Part shown: positions 13,501-23,877 of the stretch, one piece after another
How positions within the stretch are numbered: position 1 is the first letter of the stretch
Layout: every line of letters starts with the position of its first letter
DNA from: Phoronis australis
Lineage: Eukaryota > Animalia > Phoronida
NCBI GenBank assembly: GCA_002633005.1
Contig: NMRA01000144.1
Location: forward strand, 124,001 to 188,000
Direction: 5' to 3'
Length of the DNA stretch: 64,000 nucleotides
The notes under the pieces: generated by a model
Seen by the model: the letters and a program-made list of their open reading frames with translations, nothing else
Database searches by the model: none
Told to the model about the DNA's origin: nothing
Translations under genes and position numbers: made by a program

Positions 13501-13923
13501 AGGGCTAATAGGATCAAACACTCACGGATGAAAATTGTGGAAAAGGGCCTTACCATCTGCAACGACAAACCCTACATTGGATGCTCCGTTGATGGGGTGG
13601 TGTCTTGCAACTGCCATGAGTCTTATCTCCTGGAGATTAAGTGTCCGTTTAGCCTGAGGACAGTGCATCCAAGGGATGCAATGTTGAGAAAAGGAGTCAC
13701 CGAGGTGGATGGGATCCTTCATTGTGGACCCGAATGTGTGCATTATGCCCAAATTCAAGGGCAGCTATGTATAACAGGACTGAACTCGTGTGAATTGGTA
13801 GTGTGTACAAAAAAGGGTATACAGTCTGTTCTTGTAAAGTTCAATAAGGATTACTTTGACAACATGATGAAAACAATTGACGAATTCTACAGAACGCATG
13901 TCATTCCAGCTATGTCGAAATAG
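10582..13923 (+). CDS. SAP-like + SWIM zinc finger + YqaJ/lambda-exonuclease protein; exons 10582-11142, 11676-11831, 12406-12529, 13108-13923
   Basis: N-terminal LPQLKRWLMDRGITVNGRRKGELV (SAP-like); CEC..GG/SDGACRH (SWIM) across intron 1; WHRLREGRLTAS, IGCSVDG, LLEIKCP and YAQIQGQL (PD-(D/E)xK YqaJ motifs). All introns are GT-AG; introns 2 and 3 are phase-compatible, intron 1 is off by one base within a G12 run. Confidence 0.88.
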
Positions 13924-14012
13924 GATATGTACTCGATGTTAATCCTACTTGCAAGAGATGTAAATCCAACAGTTTCCTAATTAATGTGTTGATTTGTAAA
14001 ATTTCTGCCTCA

Positions 14013-15655
14013 TCACTCAAGAAAAAACGTTTGAGGGAGGATCCAGGACTTTATGTATGTGAGGTCAAAGTTGCTGGAACCAAATTTACAGGTGTTACTG
14101 TTAAAAATACAGTAGACTTTAAAGTCGACAAATGGTAAATGCTGTGGTCCTCGTTTCTTGACATCACCCGAGACTTTGGGAAGCTGCTGTCTAGCTGCAC
14201 CTTCCCAGTATGACATCCTAGATGCACGGTGCTTGACAATATTGAAGACGAACATCAGACCTGACAAAGTGAGACCTGAAAATAAAACATAATTTCCAAT
14301 ATTTGGGTTTTACATACACATCTGCTCAATGCCAGGGTTTTTTCATTCATAAAGTGTCGGCTCATAAGGTGCTGGACTGATTGTTATTGTTGTGACATTG
14401 CAAAATCAAATAGATGCCTTTACCAGGATTTTTGTAAAATTAAGTCCATACCAAACATTGAGTTGACACCCACGATTGGCTAAATTCCTGAACCATGAGT
14501 TTTAAAGGAATCCATTTTTAGCACTGATGTGTTGTTGCTTTTCGTTTAACCACCACACCTAGATTTGCAAATGGGTACGATGTGTAAAATGTACTTACCA
14601 GTATAGAATTTGCATGGTTTATCATCCTTCTGAATGTTATCCATAAAAAGTTTGCGTTTGAGACATAAGCGGTCAGCCAGTTGAGTATCAGAGTACTTTC
14701 GAAGGTCATCAAAACAGATGTTTGTCTGACATCCGACCGAAGCAAAACCTGCGAAAACATTCAACAGAGATATTTTAAAATAAACTGAGTTTAAAATACG
14801 ACTGACTGGACCTAAAATTGGATTTTGGGTTTTACAGTGACTTTTAAAATTAAAGTTCTTGCAGCAGCACTTCATGATTTGTGATTTGATGCATCGCTGT
14901 TGCCCCTTCAAGATTTTAAGTGAGTAAACATAGAGCAAGGAGGCTACTACCAGTGCAAATGTACTTGGGATAGTTGGTCCGCTATAGAATAAAGAGACAC
15001 TCCAGTGGGGTGCGAGGTTCACCTGGGATTCACTCACGAAAGAAAACTACGATTTTTCCAAGCACTGGCCTGCGAATCCCACAAATTTCAAACAACGATT
15101 TCAACAAATTAAGCCCAAACCTATAGTTGATATAACTTTTCACGGACAACAGGTGGTTCCACCTCCACTTCCACGGCAATATCAGCAGGTAAATGCTCAT
15201 GTCCTATATCCAATAATTTCAAATTATCTCCTGTACCATAGGTTGTAACACGTATAACAGCGTAATTGTGATCTTGTATGTGGATTTCGTTGGCCACATG
15301 CACCACCGTAGGCTTTCCCTTTACAGGGGTGTTCTCAGCTGAACGCTGGGTCGGCGGCTTCCTCGCTCGCTTCCTTGTTGATCTGTCAACTTCAAGTTGT
15401 GTAACGGCAGCAGGGAGAGGATGTGGGTGTTCATCCTTTACCACCAACAAAATGTTTGGAGCATATTACGGTGTCCTTCGTGACCTTTTCGATACCAAAG
15501 TGCTTCCTCCCGCAGCGAGAAATCCACAGTTTGCACTTGTCGAGGTTCGTTTTCGGCTTCGGGAAATTTATGAAAAATACTCCCTGCATGTGTTCTAGAA
15601 GCGAATAGCGGGAATCTGATTTACATGTTCCATAACAGCAATGCTTGTTTGGCAT
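14013..15655 (-). pseudogene. THAP-domain Harbinger/ISL2EU-type transposase, frameshifted and lacking the HTH/DDE core
   Basis: THAP: CCYGTC..FPKP..W...C..ICSKHFVGG, frameshifted at about 15435. Exon 14748-14599 ends in CKFYTG and the next exon from 14275 reads GLTLSGLMFVF..MSYW..KRGP. At about 14133 it jumps to degenerate C-terminal-like sequence (KVYCIFNS/TPVNLVP). Confidence 0.8.
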
Positions 15656-15966
15656 TTTTCACACTAAAAGAAAAAAAAATTCGAAGAAAACTGAACAGAA
15701 TAGACCCAGCGAACTCATCGGGCATATTGGCCAAACGACAAGCTTGCGCCCTAGTTCCGGTGACGTCACAGTTAAGTCTCGCAGAATCACGCGATATTGT
15801 TAATAACTCGCAAAAGGACTATTAGAGTCAGTGGTGGGCATCTTACCCACGATCTCCATTGTGTGTGAAAATATCATCTTTTTCAGTGAGGCGCGGAATA
15901 TGCTGCAAGTGGTTTCTCTAGTCCAATCCGCCATATTTTTATCACATCACGTGACCTAATGAATAT

Positions 15967-16415
15967 AGACAGATTCCATTACAGAAACTGCCGAATTCCT
16001 GGGGAGCGCCATATTGAGGTCACGCCATTACTGGCATGCTAGACTAAACACTGGAGTCTGTACAGCCTGTTTGTAAAACCAGCCTTCTGAGCTGGTGTGC
16101 CTGCTTGTGTTTTGTGTTTGGTAGCAGATCAGCTGATTTGTATTAAATGCTAGGGGTGAAAGCTAAAGCCAGTACAAATGACACAATACTGCAAAGTATA
16201 TGGTTGCAATTGCACCAAAAATGGGTACACCATGTACATGTACGTATCAAAAGCATTTGGAGGCAAGGGGTAGTGACAAATACATTGTTCAAAAATCTGG
16301 ATTTCTGAAGTACCTTTTACCCAAAGACAAAGTTATGTACTTGATTTTCTGTGCTGGGCTTGTGAACCTACGTGCTGATCTAATCAGAGATCAAAATTTG
16401 GAAGACATAGACTAA
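15967..16415 (+). pseudogene. Second PHIS-type element remnant with DDE_Tnp_4 transposase fragment
   Basis: Possible AT|AG start at 15967. 16200-16415 reads, with frameshifts, MVAIAP-NG-Y..VSKAFGG-RGSDKYIVQKSGFLKYLLPKDKVM fused directly to C-terminal CAGLVNLRADLI, matching HARBI1-like DDE_Tnp_4 motifs. Confidence 0.7.
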
Positions 16416-16943
16416 CTTCCGGAGTTTTTAAGTTGCCCACTCCAAGTGGTAACATGTACTGTTTCAAGAAATTTCTGAAAGTAAAATATACGCAACCGTG
16501 CAACAGTTTGCTCAACAAAGCTTTCACTGTGTAGCTCATCTGCGTCATAATGAAGTCAAAATGTCACGAACTTTAAAATTAGCGCCTACATAAATAAAGG
16601 CTGTGCTTCTGTTTTGGCCTAAAACAAATGTGATCAATGTCATAGTCAGTTGTGTACAGAACCAGTTTTGGTTTCTTAAGTCCAGTACAAAACATGGTTA
16701 TTGATGCAATTTTTTAAACGGACTGTTTGATCCGGGGTATCACCAGGACAGTAATGGGGTGAAACTCAACTAAGTGACTCACGAAAACAATCGTAATAAC
16801 AGTTGTTATGATTGTTTTAGTGATTCACTAAGGTCAACTAATGGAAATGATACAAAATTCATCACAATGTTGCAATATTAGGAAATGGTTGTTTGGCTCT
16901 GGGATGTTTCTGTGAACACTGTGTCATCCTGTTTAAGTCCTTC

Positions 16944-19499
16944 TCTCAAACTGCCCATGTGGTTCCAGTATCCGAAAATACTTACAACATAGAATCTTAT
17001 TTACGACACCCTTTCTTTATATTCTTTTCGCCTTTCTTGCCAAAAGCGATTTTTTAACAGTATTTGACCCTTCTCTGTGAGCGTATAATTACCGGCTGTC
17101 ATCGGTTATTTCCGTACCCACATTTCCGGCTCATCAGTTCAGGAACTTGTCCTGAACGCCGCCATTTTTCCTTGTAACTGAATGTGCTATGGCTTGCTCG
17201 AAAAGTCTTCATTATTTAGTTTTTTTAGTAATATTTCGTGATTCGTTTGCATATGTAGTGTATTTATAGTTTGTAGTAAGTGGTCGTTGAATTTTTTTGG
17301 AATGTTACTCGTACTTAATGTGTTAAAATAGCACTGGTGTTAAGTTCCTTACGTACATGTAGGCCGGTCGAACCTAGAAACCAATATGGGTCGAACCAAT
17401 TTTTTTCGGTTTTATTTTTTTCTCGTTTTGAAAAAGTACTTTGCTATCATCGGAAAGGTAGTACATTCTACTCAGTAAAAATCGAAAAAGTATCAAAATC
17501 GGGGCAAGCAGTGTAAAGTTATTGCAAGTTTTGTGGCGAAATTTGGGTCACTTTGTTTGGATCGCGTCGGCCATATTGGAGGACAGCGGGATATGTTACG
17601 AGTTTAAAACTTTGTGTAAATTGTTTTCGCCAACACATTACGGTGAAATTTAGTTAAAACATATCTTTACTTGCTATTCTGCACGATGTAACAGGGTTCA
17701 CTAAATTTCAGCCTCACAGTTGTTACTCATTAAGTGATAAATGTGGTCATAATTCCCGTTGGACTTCGTCTCATTTCTGGCGGCACCGACAACATGGCGA
17801 CTTTTGCTGAAATGAGAGGCATGTTCAGTCGGCTACTTTGTAATTTGTGACGATTTAACGTTGATACATTTTGACAAACGTTGCTACAAAAAAGAAACTT
17901 TGTTCAATTTTCGTGTTTTTTTGTGCAAAAATATAAGATATATTCGAATTATTTTACTGTAAATTTCCCATTCAGGTGATCTTACACTAAGCTAAAAAAT
18001 AGTTGAAATAATTTTGAAATGGTTTTTTGTTTGACTGTCAACTGCTGTTCAAGACTTGATTCGTTGTCACAAAATGATTCATATTTTTCTAAATTTTAAG
18101 TCTCAGTTGCTTTCAAGTCATGTTTTGTAACTTATTGCTTCTAAATTCAGGTTATCAAGTTAACAATATGAATAATCTTACTTTGAGAAATAAGGTATGT
18201 TGGATTGTGAAGCTTCAAGCCTCTAATTCTTGTTCCTTGAAACTTCATGTTTTTTAAATGGTGGTTGTCAAATTCTGGTGTAAGGAAACACTATTCCGTC
18301 ACCATGGTAATAGTTACATGTATGTCCACTTTCATATCATGGAAACTGTTGCTGTTGAATAGTTTTTGTAATGCTAAATGTTGTAAAGTATTGTGCATTT
18401 TAAGTTACTTATTATGTTAAAAGTTTGAATCATTTTGGGTTAATGAATAAAAAATGATAACATGGTGTATTGGACTTGTCATACTTATGTGCTCGAACGA
18501 GCCCCCTTTTTGAAGAACTGGAAAAAGGTCTGCCTCAGTCACAGAAGCACGAATTCCGAAAAAGTAGAAAATGAGACAATATTCCACTAGAAGACAGGAA
18601 GTACCAACATTTAGAGTCTGTAATTCATAGCTCTAAACATACCCACTGAATCTTATAATAAAGATAGAAATTCCCAAAAATTCCAGCCCCCCCCATTCTT
18701 TTAGGATTTGTGCGCTCATACAAAGTCTGGGAAAATCTCTATTGAAAGCCAACAACTTTGCACAGTTCGCCAGAAGTACCCAAGTTCTAAATAAACCTCG
18801 TTTGAGCGAGCGCTGTGGCCAGCGACCAGTTAGGCCTAAGGGTAGCCTTGGCGCAAAGCTGTTTTGGCCTACTAACAAGCTGTATTTTGACGATAGTCTT
18901 CACTGGTAGCTGGTGACTCAGGCTACCTAAGGTCTGCCGCGGCAGTGTGACACAGGACTAACCAGCCCGTAATTTCATGCAAGTGGCTGAAACTACACTT
19001 GAATATATGCAGCATTTACTGTATGATTTGACCATTTTACTTCGACAAAACAACTTGCAACCGCATGCATTTACCGTTCGCCAGTGTCTGGTCTCGATCC
19101 GCACCGGGTCCGATAGGCTGCGGTCCCGAGTCTGGCAAAATAATTTCTGTCAAAATTTATTCGCCACATTTCTTCAGCAAATTCGATAAAATTGTCCGTA
19201 GTTTGATTTTATTAAAATTAAGGCGCGCTGTCAATTATTCTATCCACGTTTGCTGGCTGGTAACAGTACAGGCACTGCTCCAGTCGCACTGACGGCGTTT
19301 TCTCGGCCTGGGTTCCTGAATGACAGGTACTTCCGGGTTCGCGGCAAATTCAAAATGGCGGTGGTTCTTCGGGTACGAATCGTAAGTGGCGCGTTCATTA
19401 GAACTTTTTTCGAGTACGGATCTTGTATTAGTTACGTAGTAAGTATTTCTTGGATCCTTGTAACATCCTCTAACCAAATAATAAGGGTTAATAACGCGC
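16944..19499 (+). repeat. Duplicated block B, copy 1
   Basis: Colinear with 50585-53085, about 88-92% identical by eye. Confidence 0.95.
19329..19387 (+). promoter_or_regulatory. ETS + YY1-type promoter motifs with a candidate short first exon (MAVVLRVRI) and splice donor
   Basis: ACTTCCGG, then CAAAATGGCGG, ATG at 19355 and donor GTAAGT at 19382. The same arrangement occurs at 52915-52973 with donor GTGAGT. Confidence 0.4.
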
Positions 19500-20699
19500 G
19501 AGAGAAGGACTTTAAGAACGTGTGTGGATAGATTCCACTGAGGGGACAGTTCAGCCTCAAGAAAGTAAACAAATCATAAGAGTACATGACCAACGCTGGA
19601 GCAGATCCATTTGAAATAATTAAAACCCAAGTTAGAATAATAAACAAACAACAAATTCATGTCAGATCACATATTTAATAAAACACAGACCTTATACAAC
19701 CCAGTTTTTCGGAAGAACTTAAGTTTTTCCTCTAAAACTTAAGTTACTTTCCAAAAACTCAAGTTTTCAGAGAAAAACTTAAGTTCATTTTTGTAAGGGT
19801 TAGAATAGCTCACTACCATGCTGAACTGCTGTGCTGTTTTTGTTTTGAGCATTCGTGTAATGGCTGACTTTGGTATGCGAAGCTTGTGGCTGTTATGTAA
19901 ACTACATGTATAGTACGAAGTTACACGATCTCTGTCTATAAGTCCGAAAAGATTTCTGCCCCTGACCGGGGAGGACCATGGCCATGTTAAGGTGACCGAT
20001 TAAGCAACGCCAACAACGAACGACAACCGCAAATCGACCTCCCTGGGTTAAAAACAATCAACCGAGGTACCATGTGGCCAACAACAACGTTGTCTACGGA
20101 GGGGAAGGAGTCCTTGAATCATTGACGTCCTGCAGTTTACACTGTAAGTTAAGTATGGTATGGAAAACAATTCTAATCGCGCTTCATTAATGAATTCGAA
20201 AGTCTATAATAGCTGAGGAACTATGTTTATATTTGAAAACATGATTTGTTCAAGCAAAGAGTGACCAGTATGTCAATCTCTGGTACTGTGGGAAATTTAT
20301 GGAATCGTGCCAACCGCTCAATCACAACATTTTGTCTTAAAAAGGTGTTACGTAATAATAATAATTGGAGCACATCAATATAACTCCTGCCGTGTCCCAC
20401 TATGTACACGTATGTCTCCAGCTTATGCTTTGTTGTGGTATTACTGTGTCATTTCACTTCCACTTGAGAATGAAACAAGTATATTTCGAAATATCGTATG
20501 TCTTTTAACCATGTCTCTTTGACAGTTGCTTCACCAATGTTCTGATAAGTGTAGAACTTTTTTCCGAGGATACGAACGGAGCGGAATAAAGACTGTTAGT
20601 AACGCCGAATGTCGTGTATTTAATCAATTTTGCACATCAATATAAAATGTATATTAGCTTCAAATACTGCCAGCTGCTGCTTTATGATTCTTGGTATTT

Positions 20700-21200
20700 T
20701 CCCATTATTTATTTATTTATGTATTGTGACATTTAAAATGAGGGTGGCCTCTTCAGTGATAGCACCGCTTTCCATGAGTGCCCTCGGCAACAAAAAAAAA
20801 ACAGTAATATAATACAATGAAGTAATAAAACAACAATTAAGTATACGTAACAGAGATAAAATTAGATGACGAAGAATGGTGAAAATTTAACTAATAGAGA
20901 TGAAATAAATAAATTGATGACTCTAAACAGTGAGAGTATTGACGACAATGAATAGAATGGCATGATTAAGACAGGTAGGGTACAAAAGGTTAGGTAAATT
21001 ACAGCAACTTTTCAATATTACGTTTGAAAGTATCAATTGACTTGGAGCGTTTAGTTTCTGGGCTAAGAGAATTCCATATTGTGGCAGCAGCATAGATAAA
21101 AGATGCCTTGCCGGTCTTGGTTTTAATTTGTTTTTAAAGAAACATGTCCAGCAACAGAAGAGCGTGTAGAATATACAGCTTGAGTGCTATTGAATTGTGT
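20700..21200 (-). mobile_element. 3' fragment of a CR1/L2/Crack-group LINE
   Basis: Minus-strand translation TKTGKASFIYAAATIWNSLSPETKRSKSIDTFKRNIEKLL resembles the ORF2 C-terminus. It is followed by a GAGGG...CCCTC terminal stem-loop (20741-20785) and an AAAT-type tail. Confidence 0.7.
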
Positions 21201-21231
21201 TGTACCCAGCCAAGAATAATAATGCCCGCGC

Positions 21232-21690
21232 CAGCACAGCTGCTCATGGTAGTAACATGTATATTGTGTACCGTATCTGTAACGATAATCAAGCAACACG
21301 GCGATCATAAATTAAAGTGGCATAGAGAGTGCAATCAATTTTAAAGATGTATTTGCATGCTTCTAACTATGGTAATGTACAATGTATGGCATGAACTAAA
21401 CGCCATTGCTATTTGAACATCATCTACGCAGTCGAATACATCGACAATTTGTAAATGTGAAAACAAAACATTCTGAATTAATGACGTATCTTAGGGGCTC
21501 ACATAGCCCGCATCGTGCAGTGTTACTCACCAGCACACGTCACAATATTTAATGGATACGGTTGAGTAATTTACGGCGGATCTTTTTCGACACAAAACTT
21601 GTTCTTAAAATCATTTGGCAATTTTCAACCTACTTCATGCTTACATACTCGCTATATGTTGTGTTGACCAAGCAATCACAGAGATAAGAA
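21232..21690 (+). repeat. Diverged direct repeat, paralog of about 25228-25722
   Basis: About 460-500 bp colinear similarity, e.g. TTTAAAGATGTATTTGCATGCTT and GGCTCACATAGCCCG in both copies. Confidence 0.85.
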
Positions 21691-21926
21691 ATTTTCCTCT
21701 CAGCTTTTGAGGGTTACAGGGCATTATTTTGCTTCAGGGAAAATCGTTTTAAAAATCTGATTATAGACCGAAACCGGATTTGTCATCCTTTTAAGATGTC
21801 CCAGCAATATACAAAGTGACGTAGGAAACAGGAAACGAGCTACAGTGCTTATTAGACCGGTCCGTCAGATCCACATAACATACCCGTGAAGTACCTCGTC
21901 CAACTTTGGATTCTCCGTTCCCTTAA

Positions 21927-23285
21927 AGCGTTCCTACAATGGATTTTTGTACTTTTTTAGGTCTTAGACCGTGCATAATACTTTTATAACATTAAATTTG
22001 ACTAAAAACACTCATTTTGGAAACTAATTAAAAAACTTTGAATTTTGAAGTAAAATTAATAATTTTTGGTTTACCGTCACGTGATATCATCAGTGGAAGA
22101 CGTTGGTCAGTTGGTAGCATAAAAGCAAAGGCGGATAGTAGTGATTTTGTAAGTTACGAAGGCTTAGAGAGAAAGTTTTGACGAATATTATGAAGAAAGG
22201 TATGTAGATGGGCGTGAAGACGACACTCAGGCCATTGATGAAACTGATAATGTGTTAGGCATCGCCATAACGGCCGACTGCGTGTTTGAGTCTGTGCGAA
22301 TTTGACTCTACCGCACCGCTGTCTTCGGCGAGTGAAGCCGAGTTGGAGTCTACTCAGTGTGTGGACATCCTGATTTCGGAGCTGACATATCTGCGTCGTA
22401 TTTATAGCCTGTCATTTAATCACGATACAATTTTCCGGCAACTATGGTGTCGAGAAATATGCATACCTGTATGTCTCCAGCGACGGATTTAGTGGGAGCC
22501 ATGCCACCCCCCCAGAACTCTCTCAGATACCATTTGGCAGTTCGGGGTGCAAATTGATGACTAGCATATACCCGCACACAGGGTGGCGTATGCACAATGC
22601 ATAGGCCTTGAACAAACCCCGTTCACCGTTTTTTTTTGTAATAAGGTCCACAAACCCAAAAATTCGAGACCCCTGCATCCCCACATTTTAGGTGGACGCG
22701 CGTGTGGTGAAATTCAGGTTATTCCTACCCTGGACCCACCTAATTCAAAATCCTGGATCGGCCCTGGTCTCAAACTGTTAATCGATAACCCAAGGGTTTA
22801 GCCTACTGTCAAATCTCAGTCGCGAATATCGGTCATGTTGATTCCATTTCTTCACGCGAGCGCGTTTGTAAGGAACGATCATAACTAATTATTGTGGTGC
22901 TATTTGGATTACATTTCTGATAAATGATACTTGTGTCTGTCTTGTCATTTCCAAAATCATAAAAACTTTGTATTGTTGGGATTTGTCAATTGATTCGGTG
23001 CTGTGCCCTACTCCAGTCTATTTGCCGGCTGCTGTCGTGAGCTCACTCAGCCTACATGTACATATATATTTATACATTTCATTTTCTGGTATTGGGCATT
23101 GACTTATATGTGGATAGCATGCATTTCAACAAAATCTTGAACAAGAATAGACTGATAAGACTGTTTTACTACAAACATTATTTCAGTTACAACTTGATGC
23201 CGAGGCTGACATCCACGTTCCCCGCGATGGTACACCACAATACACTCTTTTGTGCTTGAAATGCACTTCACGTTGGAGGTACCTT
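21927..23285 (+). mobile_element. Kolobok-like element remnant
   Basis: Begins after TTAA with AGCGTTCCTACAATGGATTTTTG, related to the right end of 31976-32935. Contains an acidic ORF relic (FDEYYEERYVDG). 22334-23285 is homologous to 31341-31968. Confidence 0.5.
22478..22766 (+). mobile_element. MITE with CAG..CTG ends and 5-bp target duplication
   Basis: GTCTC|CAGCGACGGAT ... GATCGGCCCTG|GTCTC; absent from the paralogous segment at about 31480. Confidence 0.75.
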
Positions 23286-23544
23286 TATCAAATCTCCGTC
23301 TGGCTGAGACTGAGGCCCTGAACGTTTCAGCCACGTTGTGAAATGGCGCGATCTTGACATGGGTTTGATGAATGTATAGTGGTTGATAATTCGTCATTAC
23401 TCCTAGTTCGTATTCTTTCAAAAATGCAAGTACGAAATCGTTTTTTCATATTCGTTAGACATATGAGAAATTTTGCATGGGCATGTTGAAAGTATAGGTT
23501 CATCCGACTCAGTGCATTTAATATCGTTTATTTCTGAGTATAGA

Positions 23545-23877
23545 CAAGGCCGAATCCAGGATTTTAAGTTAGGGGGGCAGGGTACAGGAATAACCAGAAT
23601 TTCGCCACATGCGCGCGCCCAGCCTAAAATTTAGGGATGCAGGGGTCTCGAATTTTTGGGTTTGTGTACCTTATTACTAAATAAAAAAAAAACGTAAACG
23701 GGGTTTGTTCAAGGCCTACGCATTGTGCATTCGCCCCCCGAGCTCCCTGGGTACGTGCATAAACTAGTCAGCCGAGCAATTCGCACCCAGAACCGCCAAA
23801 TTGTATCGGGGAGAATTTTAGGGGGGGGGGGAGTCATGGCCTCTTGTTCCACCCCCTCCCACCTAAGTCTGCCACTG
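23545..23877 (-). mobile_element. Second, inverted copy of the same MITE family
   Basis: Reverse-complement similarity to 22478-22766. Flanks are ATAGA/ATAAA, and the paralogous empty site at about 8795 has a single ATAAA. Confidence 0.75.

Larger units (their letters stand above)
10468..15820. mobile_element. ISL2EU/IS4EU (PHIS superfamily) DNA transposon, internally deleted
   Basis: AT|AGCTCACTTGCGGGTT ... AACTCGCAAAAGGACT|AT (AT duplication, imperfect TIR), a 28-bp subterminal inverted repeat TTAAmTGTGACGTCACCGGAAmTAGGGC (10492-10519 and 15748-15775), and convergent YqaJ and THAP-transposase genes, the gene pair characteristic of ISL2EU. Confidence 0.8.

Noticed and set aside
10492-15775. 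TTAA-flanked inverted repeat suggesting a Kolobok or piggyBac boundary
   Set aside because: A further imperfect TIR with AT duplication lies outside it, and the gene content fits ISL2EU, so it is treated as subterminal.
18633-19531. ORFs echoed at 52257-53177
   Set aside because: Overlapping ORFs on both strands with indels between copies; explained by the block B duplication.
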